DNA of 64,000 nt from the human T2T-CHM13v2.0 reference genome, Homo sapiens. The position numbers and the translations under genes were made by a program. The stretch is taken from NCBI RefSeq assembly GCF_009914755.1, contig NC_060941.1; one strand, 5' to 3'. This document shows, in pieces, positions 1-33,934 of this stretch (position 1 is its first letter; every line of letters begins with the position of its first letter). The notes under the pieces were generated by a model. The model did no database searches and had not been told where the DNA came from. It saw only the letters and a list, made by a program, of their open reading frames with translations.

Positions 1-228
1 CAATTTTTTTCAATTTTTTTTTTTTTTTTTTTGGAGATGTCTGAACCTGAACTCCTGGGCTCAAGCAATACTCCTGCCTCAGCTTCCCAAGTAGCCAAGA
101 CTACTGCACCCAGCTTCCTACCCAAACATTTTTAATGGTGGCAAAGAATAGAGGAATAGACCATCCAGAAGTAATTTGAAATAATTCTAGTCTCCTCCCC
201 TTACTCCTGCTAAGGAGGTTTCTCTGGA

Positions 229-230
<2 letters not shown>

Positions 231-291
<61 letters not shown>

Positions 292-320
292 CACACTCTC
301 TCTCTCTCTCTCTTTCTTTC
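231..320. repeat. (CA)n then (CT)n compound microsatellite
   Basis: Visible directly in the sequence. Confidence 0.95.
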
Positions 321-364
321 TGTCACCCAGAGTCTGTCTTGCACAGTCTGTGTCCCTATCTTAC

Positions 365-423
365 CTTGAGTTGTGAATACCCGGTGTTTCTGATGGGGCT
401 AGATTGGCATGGGTTCATGAGAC
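365..423 (-). CDS. CCDC200: CCDC200 coding exon 3 (G-LMNPCQSSPIRNTGYSQLK)
   Basis: Acceptor tcatcAG|GT at 423 completes the split Gly codon; 59 bp; donor AAG|GTAAG at 365. The remaining exon is outside the window. Confidence 0.85.
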
Positions 424-1013
424 CTGATGATGAAACAAAGTACAGGTTACTCATCCAGCAGTTTTCCAAGGATGGAATACTGCAAGCCTGGAGTGCTTGT
501 GTCTGGTGACCCAGGGGGTGATGGGGGTGCAGTGAGGACAGGCTCCTACCTGGGACAGGGCACAGACTGAGCCCTTCCTGAAGATTCTCAACTAGGAAGC
601 TGTGCTGTGGTTCCCTGTTCCAGACCTCACGGGGCTCAGTATATCTGTTAATAAGCCTACAACTCATGTCCCACCCTCTGATCACCCCCACCTCCTCTGT
701 CACGCTTACTCTGGAAGAAGGGCCGACAGCTTCTCAACCACTCTCTGCAGAAGTTGGAAGGCTCCTTTGCAGCCGTAGGTTGGCATTAACCCACCCAGGG
801 GGAGTTGACCAGCAAGGCATTAAAGGCCGAGGGTACTTGGGAGAGTCAGAGAGGGTAGGGTGGTAGATATGGATTCTACACTACAGGGCTGGGATGGAAG
901 CAAAGGGCTCCTCTCCTTACCACCTCCCACTCCCAGGCTCCAGTCCAGAGTCTGTAAGGATTTTCTGCCCACCCTGGAATCTGTTGTTGATACAGAGATT
1001 GCCCTCCAGCTTA

Positions 1014-1427
<414 letters not shown>

Positions 1428-1698
1428 TCAGGGAACAAGGCAAGTGAGTAGAGAAGTATAGGTGGCAGTGGTCTCTGTTCCCTAGAGCTGGAGGCTGAAA
1501 TTGGGCCTACGCTGTCTGCCTCACCCACTGTGACACCCAAGAACGATTTCTGGGTGGCACAGCCCCAGCCCAGGAAATAGCACTCTCTCTGAGCACCTGC
1601 TTCCTCACTTGAGAGCTCAGCACTGAAAGCAGTTTTTAGTGCTGGAGGATAAAGAGTAATTCCCTGCAAATGTCTTGTGTTTTGTTTTTTAGAGATAG

Positions 1699-1851
<153 letters not shown>

Positions 1852-2162
1852 TAATAGAGACAGGGACTCATTATGTTGCCCAGGCTGGAGTGCAGTAAGT
1901 GGTGCAATCTTGGCTCACTGCTGCCCCAACCTCCCAGGCTCAAGCGATCCTTCCACCTCAGCCTCCTGAGTAGCTTGGACTAAATGCATGTGCCACCATG
2001 CCTTGCTAATTTTTAAATTTTCTGTAGAGACAGGGTCCCCCTATGTTGCCTAGGTTGGTTTGGAACTCCTAGCCTCAAGCGATCCTCCCACCTCAGCCTC
2101 CCAAAGTGATTTTTTTAATAGCCCAAGGGTGCTTCTAAACCTTACAAGTGCTTTGAAATAGC

Positions 2163-5052
<2,890 letters not shown>

Positions 5053-5120
5053 ATCTTTAAACCTCCCAGGCCTAGTACCCTTGCCTTCCCCTAGACTATT
5101 ACAAGAGGGAAATTGAGTCA

Positions 5121-5492
<372 letters not shown>

Positions 5493-5922
5493 TCAGACCC
5501 CTCTGCCTATAACTGGAACCACCTCACAATGTGGTTACTGCCAGGGCAACTGGGCAGGCCCTGCCTGCTTTGTTGAGGGAGGGAGGCATTTTTCCCAAGG
5601 CTCCCAGGGAACATCTGCAAAGTACCTTTCTCTCCTGGGTCCTGATCAGATAGAAGACCTTCCCACCTTAGCTTTGAGTCTCAATGGGCCCCATGGACAA
5701 TTCAGCAGTAAAGTCTTTTCTCTCTGGCTTCTTTCCCCCATTCTTCCTCAGAGGGTTCCAGCATCATCATCTGACCCTTCCTCTGCTCATCTCTCCCCAC
5801 TTAGGTCTCCGGAATTACCTTTTTCTCCTTAATCTCTCCTCTCTCCATCTCCCCCATAAATGTCTGTGCTGAGTCAGAATGAAAGAAAATACAAAATCCT
5901 ACTAAGCCTCACTGAGGTCTGA

Positions 5923-7977
<2,055 letters not shown>

Positions 7978-8277
7978 GCCTCTGAGGAAGAGTGGGGGAA
8001 AGATGCCACAGAGAAAAGACTTTACTGCTGAATTGTCCATGGGGCCCACTGAGACTCAAAGCTAAGGTGGGAAGGTCTTCTATCTGATCAGGACCCAGGA
8101 GAGAAAGATACTTTGCAGATGTTTCCTGGGAGCCTTGGGAAAAATGCCTCCCTCCCTCAACAAAGCAGGCGGGGCCTGCCCAGTTGCCCTGGCAGTAACC
8201 ACATTGTGAGGTGGTTCCAGTTATAGGCAGAGGGGTCTGAGTGGGAAGAGACAGAGGTGGTGGGAGCAGTGGGCTCA

Positions 8278-11522
<3,245 letters not shown>

Positions 11523-11959
11523 TAGTAGAGGTGGGGTTTCGCAATGTTGGGCAGGCTGGTCTCGAACTCAGGTGATCTGCCTGCCTCGTCCTCCCAAAGT
11601 GTTGGGATTACAGGTGTGAGCCACCGTGCCGGCGATTACAGAATTTCTTTTTTTCTTTCTTTCTTTTTTTTTTCGTGATGGAGTTTCGCTCCTGTTGCCC
11701 AGGGGAGTGCAATGGCAGGATCTCAGCTCACCCCAACCTCCGCCTCCTGGGTTCAGGCGATTCTCCTGCCTCAGCCTCCTGAGCAGCTGGGATTACAGGC
11801 ATGTGCCACCACACTTGGCTAATTTTGTATTTTTAGTAGAGACCAGGTTTCTCCATGTTGATCCGGCTGGTCTCAAACTCCTGACCTCAGGTGATCCTCC
11901 TGCCTCGGCCTCCCAACATGTTGGGATTATAGGCGTGAGCCACCACGCCTGGCGGTTAC

Positions 11960-15035
<3,076 letters not shown>

Positions 15036-15392
15036 TGATATGGTTTGGCTGTGTCCCCACCCAAGTCTCATCTTGAATTGTAGCTCCCATAATTCCCACG
15101 TGTCATGGGAGGGACCCAGTGGGAGGTAATTGAATCATGGGGCCAGGACTTTTCCATATTGTTCTCATGATAGTGAATAAGTCTCACAAGATCTGATGGT
15201 TTTATAAAGGGGAGTTCCCTTGCACAAGTTCTCTCTCACCTTCCACCATGTTAGACATGCCTTTCACCTTCCACCATGATTGTGAGGCTTCCCCAGCCAC
15301 GTGGAACTGTGAGTCCATTAAACCTCTTTTTCTTTATAAATTACCCAGTCTCAGGTATGTTTTTATTAGCAGCACGAGCACAGACTAATGCA
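15036..15392 (+). mobile_element. THE1B-like 3' LTR
   Basis: TGATATGGTTTGGCTGTGTCCCCACCCAA...CAGACTAATGCA, 357 bp. Confidence 0.85.
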
Positions 15393-15995
15393 GACTTATT
15401 GGGCCCCAGGTAGCAAATGTGGGATGTCTATTTTCCCCCAGCTTGCCCAGGGTTAAGGTGAGCCCAGTCAGCTTCCACCAGTTACACTCAGTGACACAGG
15501 TGCAGTTTGTTAGAGTTGGTGCAGTTAGATTAGTTGGAGGTGGGCCCAAGGACTTTGGGGATGCGGGTTGAGGGGGTGGGGAGTGGGGTGACAGGTACCA
15601 AAGGGTAGCAGAGGGAGGGATGGTAGAGGTGATTGGAGAGTGTGACCCTCGAAGTGGATGGGGTTATGGCAATCGACAATGACATGACCTAGGGTTAGAC
15701 CAGGGAAGTGAGTGGCTGGGGTAGTCAAAGCTGAGGTCAAGGAATTGGGGAACCAGGGTGTCGATTGATGACAGGAGTTATGCTGGAGAAAGTCAGTGCT
15801 CCAGGAGCTAAAAACCTTCAAGGAATAAAGTAAGTGTTGGCATGGAGTGACCAGCAGCCAGGAGAGACAACAGCAACAAGGAGAGGTAGTGGGCAGCACA
15901 GGTGCAAGGCACAATGGAGTGAGAGGTGGGGAGAGCAAACAGAAAGAGGAAAGCAATGTCTTCAGCAGGAGGATAGAGCAAACGAAGAAAGGGGG

Positions 15996-16281
<286 letters not shown>

Positions 16282-16293
<12 letters not shown>

Positions 16294-16566
16294 GAAGAAG
16301 AAGAAGAAGAAGAAGAAGAGGAAGAGGAGGAGGAGGAGGAGGAGGAGGAGGAGGAAGAGGAGGAAGAGGAAGAGGAGGAGGAGGAGGAGGAGGAAGAGGA
16401 GGAGGAGGAGGAGGAGGAGGAGGAAGAGGAGGAAGAGGAGGAAGAGGAGGAAGAGGAGGAGGAGGAAGAAGAAGAGGAAGAAGAGGAGGAAGAGGAAGAA
16501 GAAGAGGAGGAAGAGGAGGAAGAGGAGGAAGAGGAAGAGGAAGAAGAAGAGGAGGAAGAGGAGGAA

Positions 16567-16598
<32 letters not shown>

Positions 16599-16932
16599 GG
16601 AGGAAGAAGAAGAGGAAGAAGAAGGAGGAGGAGGAGGAGGAGGAGGAGAAGGAGAAGGAGAAGGAGAAGAAGAAGAAGAAGAAGAAGAAGAAGAAGAAGA
16701 AGAAGAAGAAGAAGGAGGAGGAGGAGGAGGAGGAGGAGAAGGAGAAGGAGAAGAAGAAGAAGGAGAAGGAGAAGGAGAAGGAGAAGGAGAAGGAGAAGGA
16801 GAAGGAGAAGGAGAAGGAGAAGGAGGAGAAGGAGAAGGAGGAGAAGGAGAAGAAGAGGAAGAGGAAGAGGAAGAGGAAGAGGAAGAGGAAGAGGAAGAAG
16901 AAGAAGAAGAAGAAGAAGAAGAAGAAAGGAGG
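16282..16932 (+). repeat. 651-bp pure-purine (GAA/GAG/GGA)n tract
   Basis: No C or T on the + strand across the interval. Confidence 0.95.
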
Positions 16933-17454
16933 CTGGGAATAGGGAGGATGGTAGGAAAATTAGCAAGGTTTCAGGAATCAGACATGGGATAAGAGACCGG
17001 AGCTTCTTGTGACTGGCGGGCATAGGGCAGAAATGCAGAACTGTGGGATCGTTCTACAGTGAGTGGCAGATACCTGGAAGGCAGCTGCAGCCTTAGGTCT
17101 TGGCTCTCACTACCTGGGTGATGTCACCTCTGTCCAAGCAGTCGATCCCAGGAGCCTCCGAAGACCACCAGAGCAGTCCTTAGTGCCAGGTGAGTCTGCT
17201 AAAATAAAAACACAACGCTTTGCCGAGAAGCGGGGTAAAAAAAAGCTTTATCGCCGGCTGCAATCAAATTTCGGGGACAGGCCGGGTGCAGTAACTCAGG
17301 CCTGTAATCCCAGCACTTTGGGAGGCCCAAACGGGTGGATCACTTTGAGGCCAGGCGTTCGAGACCAACCTGGCCAACATGGCAAAACCCCGTCTCTACT
17401 AAAAATGCAAAAAATTAGCCAGTCATGGTGGGCACGTGCCTGTAATCCCAGCTA

Positions 17455-17606
<152 letters not shown>

Positions 17607-18399
17607 AAGTGGAGACTAGCCACAGACCCAAAAGAAAACGAGCAAAAATGTAAAGCCTACTTTTGGCAATTGCTCATGTGGAGAGGAATGAATGCAGTGT
17701 TCTTGAAATTATTGAAATATTAGATCCGGAAGCTGAAGTGGGAGAACCATCTGAGTCCAGGAAGTCGAGATCATAGTGAACTCTCATCCCGCCACTGCAC
17801 TCCAGCCTGGATGACAAAAGTGACACTCTATAAGACAAAAAAAAAAAAAGAAAAAAAAAAAGGCGGGGAGGGGGCTGGTCACACATACTCTCACCTAGAC
17901 AAGGATATTGACGACCAATTCTGAAGCCAGTTAAAGTATAGAGACACACCTAAAATAAAAACTTAATTACACTTGCATGATATAACGCAATAAGAACGTG
18001 AATATAACAAAGTATAACCTTTAAAACACAACGCTCACTCACCTAAAAGATCGTTCACCTTTGTTTGAAGTACTACAACCTCCCAACCCCACAGTTTTCT
18101 CCAAAAACCCCCTCAACACAGCATTCTCAGAAACAAAAAGAAAGAACGCACACACTAAGCTAGGAAAAACACACATAATTACACCTCACCACAGACAGAG
18201 ATCTGGAAAAATTTGTCGAATCCGGCATTTTTGCCTTCGCCTTTACCACCCTCATATCACCATATTACACCCACGGTGAGCAACGATAGGGGCAATTGAC
18301 AACTTCGTTTCTCAATAGGCCTGTTGAAAACAGCAAGCCTTTGGGCATGGTTTATAGTTGGCTACGTTTTCAAGTGAATTCTCAGCTCTGTTTTTGCCC

Positions 18400-18990
18400 C
18401 GTGGCTGAAGCGCCATTTCTAATTTGCATGTCTCGCCCTTTCCCGCGTGGGTAGGCGTGGCTACGGCGATCTGAGTCCCCGCTGCGGTCCAGCTCTGCTC
18501 GCAGCGGCCGGCCGAAGCTGGGCTGGGGCTCCCGGTCTGGACCATCCGGGGGTCAAGACAGTGGTCAGGGGGAAATGCGCGTGGGCGTCACTAGCGGTCT
18601 GTGGAAGGGAGTTGGAGGAGAGTGGTCCGAGCTCTTTTGAGGAAAGCCATCAGGTCATCACTGTAAAGACTGGAGCGTCCCGCGGCCTGGCTGGGTCCCA
18701 AGCGAAGGCGGAGCCGACGAGGCCCCGCCGCCCCCCACCCCCTTCCCGGGGCCACAGAGAGAAGTCGGGTCGCGAGACCGCGCCGAGGGGGCTGCCGCCC
18801 TGGGAGTCACAGCCCCGTCCGCGCGCCTTGCCCTGTCGGCGGGGCACTGGGGGCAAACCACTTAACCTCCGGACTCTGTTTCCCCAGCTGGAAAGCAGAA
18901 ACACCAATGCCTACCTCGTGGGGTGGAGGGAGCAGAAACGGAGCCGAGGAAGGGACCGTGGCTCGGTAGTCTGCAATGTGAGTCAGAGTT
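18400..18990. promoter_or_regulatory. CpG island / probable promoter in the middle of the inter-arm spacer
   Basis: Dense CpG and GC in largely non-Alu sequence, GC-box-like ccccgccg, AP-1 site TGAGTCA at 18979-18985, candidate splice donors on both flanks. Confidence 0.6.
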
Positions 18991-19109
18991 TCCCACAAGC
19001 TTCCCCAGAAGGGGTCATGACTGTGAAATGACTGAGACAATAAAATAGGAAGCATTTACTGTTTGGCTTAGGCTCTGTGTTAAGTGCTCTCCTCATTACA
19101 AACTTGCAA

Positions 19110-19200
19110 AAGTTACATACAGATGCAGAAGCTGAGGCAGAGAGGTTAAGCAGCTTGCCCAAGACCACAGGGAGGTAGGATTTGAACCTAGGTGCACTGG
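19110..19200. mobile_element. MIR core fragment
   Basis: tacagatgcagaagctgaggcagagaggttaagcagcttgcccaag...ggatttgaacc matches the MIR core. Confidence 0.7.
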
Positions 19201-20007
19201 CCACAGCATCTTCCCCATCACTCCATCCACCTGTGAAGCAGAGAGCCTAGAGCCAAAAATGGATACCTAGAGAAAGATAATTTGTTCTTGTGTGTCCAGC
19301 ACTCTGTGAGACAAAGCACTGAGCCTGAGACACGAGTCTTCTGTCTGCAGAGAGGCAAGAACCAAGCTGTCTGCTGCAGCAGTTGAGAAGAGCCTCGGCC
19401 CTGGCACTGTGGCTCATGCCTGTAATCCCAACACTTTGGGAGGCCGAAATGGGAGGATCACTTGAGCCCAGGAGTTCGAGACCAGCCTTGACAACAAAGT
19501 GAGAGCCCCATCTCTACAAAAAAAAAAAAAAAAAAAAAAAAACCAGAAAATCTACCGGGCGTGGTGGAGCAGGCTTGTAGTCCCAGTGACTGGGGAGACT
19601 GAGCTTGGGGGACTACTTGAGCCCTGGGAGGACCACTTGAGCCCTGGGAAAACAGCTTGAGCCCCAGGAGGCCAAAGTGGCAATGAGCTGTGATCAGGCC
19701 ACTGCACTCCACTCCAACCTGGGGGACCGATTGAGACCCTATCTCAAAAAAAAAAAAAAAAAAACAAAAAAAAACAAATAGCCAGGCAGGGTGGCTCACA
19801 CCTGTAATCCCAGTACTTTGGGAGGCCTAGGCGGGCAGATCATCTGAGGTCAGGAGTTCGAGACTGGCCTGGCCAACATGGTGAAACCTCCTCTCTACCA
19901 AAAATACAAAAAATTAGCCAGGCGTGGTGGTGGGCACCTGTAATCCCAGCTACTTGGGGGGCTGAGGTGGGAGAATCGCTTGAACCCAGAGGCGGAGGCT
20001 GTAGTCA

Positions 20008-20226
<219 letters not shown>

Positions 20227-20228
20227 TC

Positions 20229-20259
<31 letters not shown>

Positions 20260-20454
20260 AAACAGCTTAGGCAAGTCACTCCTCTGAGGCTTATTTTTTT
20301 TCCTGTATAAAACAGGAATCTTAAAATCTAGTCTGTAGTCCTGGCGTTCTCTACCCTCATCCACACAGGGTCTCTGTTCTCTTTTACCTGGCTTTATTCT
20401 ACTCGGTGGCACCTGTCACCCCACATTTTATACAATGATACGTTTATTGCATTT

Positions 20455-20585
20455 TAGCATAGTAGAATGTAAGCTCCAGAGCAGGAATCTTTGTCGCTTG
20501 TTCACTTTTATATGACTGGCACCCTGAACAATGCCTGGCATATAGTAGCCACTCAGTATATATTTTTTGAATGAATGAATGAATA
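20455..20585 (+). mobile_element. L2 3' end fragment
   Basis: tagaatgtaagctcc...gcctggcatatagtag...tgaatgaatgaatgaat is typical of the L2 terminus. Confidence 0.7.
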
Positions 20586-20907
20586 TTAAATATATTAATA
20601 TTTCCTACAATAGAAAGTGATTAGTAAATCTCCTGGCTTGTGGTAAGTATCATGACCCTGCAGGGCTCACTATTTTACTGCCTCTCTGCTCATTTTCGTG
20701 TTTATCAGGCCATCTTTTGCTTGCTAATTTGGTTTCCCAGGTACTGTTTTTTGTTTTTTTATTTTAGTAGAGATGGGTTCTCTCTATGTTGCCCAGGCTG
20801 ATCTCAAACTCCTGAGCTCAAGCAATCATCCTTCCTCAGCCTCCCAAAGTCCTGGGGTTACAGGCATCAGCCATCATTCCCAGTCCCCGGTATTGTTTTT
20901 GAGTACT

Positions 20908-22290
<1,383 letters not shown>

Positions 22291-22621
22291 TGTATGCCAC
22301 TGAGTATCTACATTTTCTTTTCGGTGTTTCAACAATCCCAAATGCAGCCAGGTGCGGTGGCTTACCCTTGTAATCCCAGCACTTTGGGAGGCCAAAGTAG
22401 GAGGATCACTTGAGCCTAGGAGTTTGAGACCAGGTTGGGCAACATAGTGAGACCTCATCTCTACAAATAATAATAATAAAAATAAGGCCAGGTACAGTGG
22501 TTCACACCTATAATCCTAGCACTTTGGGAGGCCAAGGCAGGAGGACCACTTAAGCTCAGGAGTTCAAGACCAGCCTGGGCAACATAGTGAGACCTCATCT
22601 CTATTAAAAATAGTAATAATA

Positions 22622-23009
<388 letters not shown>

Positions 23010-23533
23010 TCACCTGAGCCCAGGAGGTCAAGGCTGCAGCAAGATGTGACTGGACCAGCACACTCCAGGCTGGGCGACAGAAAAAAAAAAATCCCAAATG
23101 CAACATGTTATTTATCCCATTTTATACTTGATGAAATTGAGGCTGCCTAGACTGACTTCCCAAAATCCTCAGCCTTCTGCTTCCTCCTCCCAGAGTATAA
23201 AAGGGACCCCCACTTTTGGCTGGCAATTTTATATCTTTATGATCAGTGGATCTTTATTCTCATCCACCTTAGAGGAAAGTGGGTCAGGGTTTATAATCTC
23301 CATTGAACAGATGAGAAGGCTGAGTTTCAGGAAGGAAATTCGAGCTAACCAAATTTTCCAAGAGACTGACTTACCTCTGTGATACATATTGAAGAAGGTG
23401 GAAACCTGAATGCTGAGGATGGAATGTGAAGAGCCTGGCACAATGATTAAGATCACAAGAGGGCCCATGTGGAGTGGCTCATGCCTGTAATCCCAGCAGC
23501 ACTTTGGGAGGCCCAGGTGGGAGGATCACTTGA

Positions 23534-23877
<344 letters not shown>

Positions 23878-25284
23878 AGTGAGACCCCATCTCTACAAAA
23901 AACAAAAATATTAGCCAGGTGTAGTGGCACACACCTGTAGTCCTACCTACTCAGGAGGCTGAGATGGGAGAATCGCTTGAGTCCAGGCATTTGAGGTTAC
24001 AGTGAGCTGTGATCACGTTACTGCTCTCCATCCTGGACGACAGAGCGAGACGCTGTCTCAAAAAAAAAAAAAAAATCACAAGGTTATTGGATATCAGGGA
24101 TCAGCCTGCTGCACTTTACCACCTCTAGGAGCGCTGGGTCATCCCCAAGATCCGATTCTCTCCTTGCAGTAGCAGGGGGCAGCAGAGAGCAGCAAAGCAG
24201 CCCTTGCCTCTCAGTTTGTTATGACCTCCCAGCAGGCCAGAGGAAACATCCATTCTGTGCTTATTTGGTTTATGAGAAAATTCAGGCCCAGAGAGGGAAA
24301 GTTCAGGGTCTTCCAGGTGATGGATGACACCAAGGCTCAAGGCCCAGGCTTCCAAGTGACCACACTCCATGATGGTGCCTGCTTTCACTTTTTTTTTTTT
24401 TTTTGAGACAGGATCCTGCTCTGTCCCCAGGGATCAAGCAATCCTCCTACCTCAGCCTCCTGGGAAGTGAGAAGCTGAGACTACAGGTATGCGCCACCAC
24501 ACCTGACTACTTTTTAAATTTTTTGTCAAGACAGGGATTTCCCTATGTTGCCCAGGCTGGTCTTGAACTCCTGCCTCAAATGATCTACCACTTTGGTCTT
24601 CCAAAGTGCTGAGATTACAGGTGTGAGCTACCACGCCTGGATGATTTCATTCATTCAGAGGGCACATTTTTGTTCCATATTTTTAGACCTCAGAAACCAG
24701 GATGCATCTTACATCCAGTGCCAGGAAAAAGCACTACAGCTGTTTAAATGTCAGCATCTTTTTTTTTTTTCTCCTTTCTTCCTTTCTTTCTGAGGGGTAC
24801 ATAAAATAATGGTGCCTCTCACAATCCATGACATCCTAAACGTCATGAAATACTACAATAAAAGCCTCTGTTTATCTCTGTTTATTAAACCCTGTGCTTG
24901 ACAACGGATTACTCTTTTTTTTTTCTTTGAGACAAAGACTTGCTCTGTCGCCCAAGCTGGACTGTAGTGGCGCCATCTCCCTCGGCTCACTGCAACCTCC
25001 ACTTCTGGGATTCAAGCAATTCTCCTACCTCAGCCTCCTGAGTAGCTGGGATTACAGGCAGCAGCCACCATACCCAGCTAATTTTTGTATTTTTAGTAGA
25101 GACGGGGTTTCGCCATATTGGCCAGGCTGGTCTTGAACTCCTGACCTCAGGTGATCTGCCTGCCTCGGCGTCTCAAAGTGCTGGGATTACAGGTGTTAGC
25201 TAATGTACCTGGCCGGATTACTTCTTTTAATATACCAATACCTCCAGGATGGAGGTATTATTACCCCATTTTGCTGGTGAGTGA

Positions 25285-25870
<586 letters not shown>

Positions 25871-26306
25871 TGACCTTAAGTGATTCACCTGCCTCGGCCT
25901 CCCAAAGTGCTAGGATTACAGGCATGAGCCACCATGACCGGCTGATTTTTTCTTGTTTTTTTTTTTTTGTTTTGTTTTGTTTTTTTCTGAGACGGAGTCT
26001 TGCTCTGTTGCCCAGGCTGGAGTGCAGCGTGCAATATCGGCTCACTGCAACATCTGCTTCCCAGGTTCAAGCGATTCTCCTGCCTCAGCCTCCTGAGTAG
26101 CTGGGATTACAGGCGCTGGCCACCATGCCAAGCTCATTTTTTAATTATTAGTAGAGATGGGGTTTCACCATGTTGGACAGGCTGGTCCCGAACTCCTGAC
26201 CTCAAGTGATCTGCCCGCCTTGGCCTCCCAAAGTGCTGGGATTACAGGCGTAGGCTACCGTGCCCGGCCTTGCAGCTGATATTTCACAGGACTTATCTGC
26301 TTGTGC

Positions 26307-26308
<2 letters not shown>

Positions 26309-26340
<32 letters not shown>
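26309..26340. repeat. (GT)n microsatellite at an Alu tail
   Basis: Visible directly in the sequence. Confidence 0.9.
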
Positions 26341-26343
<3 letters not shown>

Positions 26344-26506
26344 AGATGGAGTTTTGCTCTTTCGCCCAGGCTGGAGTGCAGTGGCGCCATCTCGGCCGAC
26401 CACAACCTCTGCCTCCCACATTCAAGCGATTCTCCTGCCTCAGCCTCTTGAGTAGCTGGGATTACAGGCGCCCGCCAGCACGCCCAGCTAATTTTTTTGT
26501 ATTTTT

Positions 26507-26715
<209 letters not shown>

Positions 26716-26764
26716 TAACCACACTTTGCTTCTTCCAAAACAGAAGATTCTGGGTCTTGAATAA

Positions 26765-27306
<542 letters not shown>

Positions 27307-27445
27307 TAGCAGAAACGGGGTTTCACCATGTTAGCCAGGATGGTCTCGATCTCCTGACCTCATGATCTGCCCACCTTGGCCTCCCAGTGTGCTGGGATTA
27401 CCACCTCGCCCAGCCACTTTGGGTGATCTTAAATGCACAGTCCCA

Positions 27446-27651
27446 GGCCAGGCGTGGTGGCTCGCGCCTGTAATCCCAGCACTTTGGGAGGCCGAGGCGG
27501 GCGGATCACTTGCAGGACTTGCTTGAACCAGGGTGGCGGAGGTTGCGGTGAGCCAAGATCATGCCATTGCACTCCAGCCTGGGCAACAAGAGTGAAACTC
27601 CGTCTCAAAAAACAAAAAATACAATAAAAATAAAATTTAAAAATTAAAAAA
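27446..27651 (+). mobile_element. Internally deleted Alu with 14-bp TSD
   Basis: TSD TTAAATGCACAGTC at 27429-27442 and 27652-27665. Confidence 0.8.
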
Positions 27652-27949
27652 TTAAATGCACAGTCTCTATCCCCAAAAGCCTTCCTGGGCTTTAGAGAAT
27701 AATCCTCTCACCTGTTCACTCCACCTACTGAGGACACACACAGTCCTTGGAAGGGTCAGGTAGGATAATAATACCAACCTGTAGCTAAACAATTTTATAC
27801 TTTATCTTTTATTTCCCATCCATTATTCTATTTGATCCTTATACCAGCTATGTGAAAGAAGGTAACAAGTTATCACTTATTCTTCAGGCAAGGAAACTGA
27901 GGTCCAGACAGATTAGGGAGGGTCTCCAGGATTATAGGAAGAGGTGGGG

Positions 27950-32164
<4,215 letters not shown>

Positions 32165-32173
32165 TCTCTCTCT

Positions 32174-32625
32174 CCTGGAGAGAGGGAGATTCCCTTTCCG
32201 GGTCTGCTAAGTAACGGGTGCCTTCCCAGGCACTGGGGCCACCGCTAGACCAAGGCCTGCTAAGTAACCAGGGCCTTCCCAGGCACTGGCATTACCGCTA
32301 GGCCAAGGAGCCCTCCAGCGGCCCTTCTCTGGGCGTGAATGAGGGCTCACACTCTCGTCTTCTGGTCACCTCTCACTGTGGCCCTTCAGCTCCTAACTCT
32401 GTGTGGCCTGGTTTCCCCCAAGGTAATCATAATAGAACAGAGATCATTATGGTAATAGAACAAAGAGTGATGCTACAAACTAATGATTAATAATAGTCAG
32501 ATATAATCCTATCCGTTTCCTATCTCTAGTAAAACTTTTCTTATTCTAATTATTTTCTTTGCTGTACTGGAACAGCTTGTGCCTTCAGGCTCTTGCCTGG
32601 GCAGCTGGGTGGCTTGCGGCCCACA
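32174..32625 (-). mobile_element. Truncated LTR13 at the array junction (5' ~450 bp only)
   Basis: Matches ~38361-38812 of the next unit; the remaining ~580 bp is replaced by the duplicon arm. Confidence 0.85.
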
Positions 32626-33934
32626 AGATAAGATATATTGCGTTGAACTATAATTTATGTTGATTGCTGAATGATTTAGGGCGGGGGGGTGGGCACCCCC
32701 TGAAATTCTGCCCTGGAGGAGTGGCCTCACCCTAACCCTGGCCGTGGCTAATAATAAGGCCCACCTCTTAGGGCCGTGGAGTGAAATAAGTTTTCCAGGT
32801 AATGCGCAGTAGAGCCCTCAGCCCTCCGCTGAAGTTGCGTTAGGAAGGAGGAAGGGAGAGGTAAATGCTGAGCCCGCAGGCGGCAGTCTGTGCCTCGGAG
32901 AGAAACTTTATCCCAACCTTGCTGGGGGCCTTGACGCCCACCTTGCCCCAAGAGCACCCCGGCAGTCACCCCTGCCCTCTGGGGTCCTGCCACCCCGAGC
33001 CCGACCTTCCCCCTTTTCCCCCGCGCCGGGCCAATAGCCTCCTAACTGCGTCGTGCTCATCACCTTTGCGTCGTTTCTTCGCTCCACAAACGTTTACTGA
33101 GCGCCTTCCACACGCCAGGCGCCAGACTCGCGCGGGGAAACAGGGATAAGCACTGAGGAGGGGTCCCAGCCCTCAGCGATGGGATTTCAGAGCGGGAGAT
33201 AAAGGGTTGCCCAGAAGGGTGGTGAGTGGAATAGCTGATATAAACAACGGGGGCGCGATGAAATACACAGGAGGGCTGCTAGTCACATATGGGGCGGGTG
33301 CCGAGGGCCCTTGACTAAGGGAGGCTTCCTGCACGGGTGACACCCAAGCGGAGTCCTGACGACCTGCGTCAGAAGTAGCCAGGCGAGGAGGAGGGGAAAG
33401 GAATCCACGTCCCGAGCAGAGAGGCAGCGTTCCCTACACAGCCCAGGACACGGTCCGCGCACAGAAGCCGCAGGAGACGCAGGCACAGGGGCTGGGGAGA
33501 ATCCTTGCTGGGCCCTCGCCGCCTCCCTCTGCCGGGTGTCTGGTGCCAGCCTCCTGCCTGGCAGAGGAACTCCAGCCCCTGCTCCCGGAAGCCCCTCCAG
33601 GCCTTCGGCTTCCCTGACTGGGCATGGGCCCCTCGTCCCCTCGTCCCCTCGGGTACGGGGCCGGTCTCCCCGCCCGCGGGCGGCGAAGTAAAGGCCCAGC
33701 GCAGCCCGCGCTCCTGCCCTGGGGCCTCGTCTTTCTCCAGGAAAACGTGGACCGCTCTCCGCCGACAGGTCTCTTCCACAGACCCCTGTCGCCTTCGCCC
33801 CCGGTCTCTTCCGGTTCTGTCTTTTCGCTGGCTCGATACGAACAAGGAAGTCGCCCCCAGCGGAGCCCCGGCTCCCCCAGGCAGAGGCGGCCCCGGGGGC
33901 GGAGTCAACGGCGGAGGCCACGCCCTCTGTGAAA

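Noticed and set aside
32725-32742. Telomere-like CCCTAACCCT in each unit
   Set aside because: Only one full hexamer; expected by chance.
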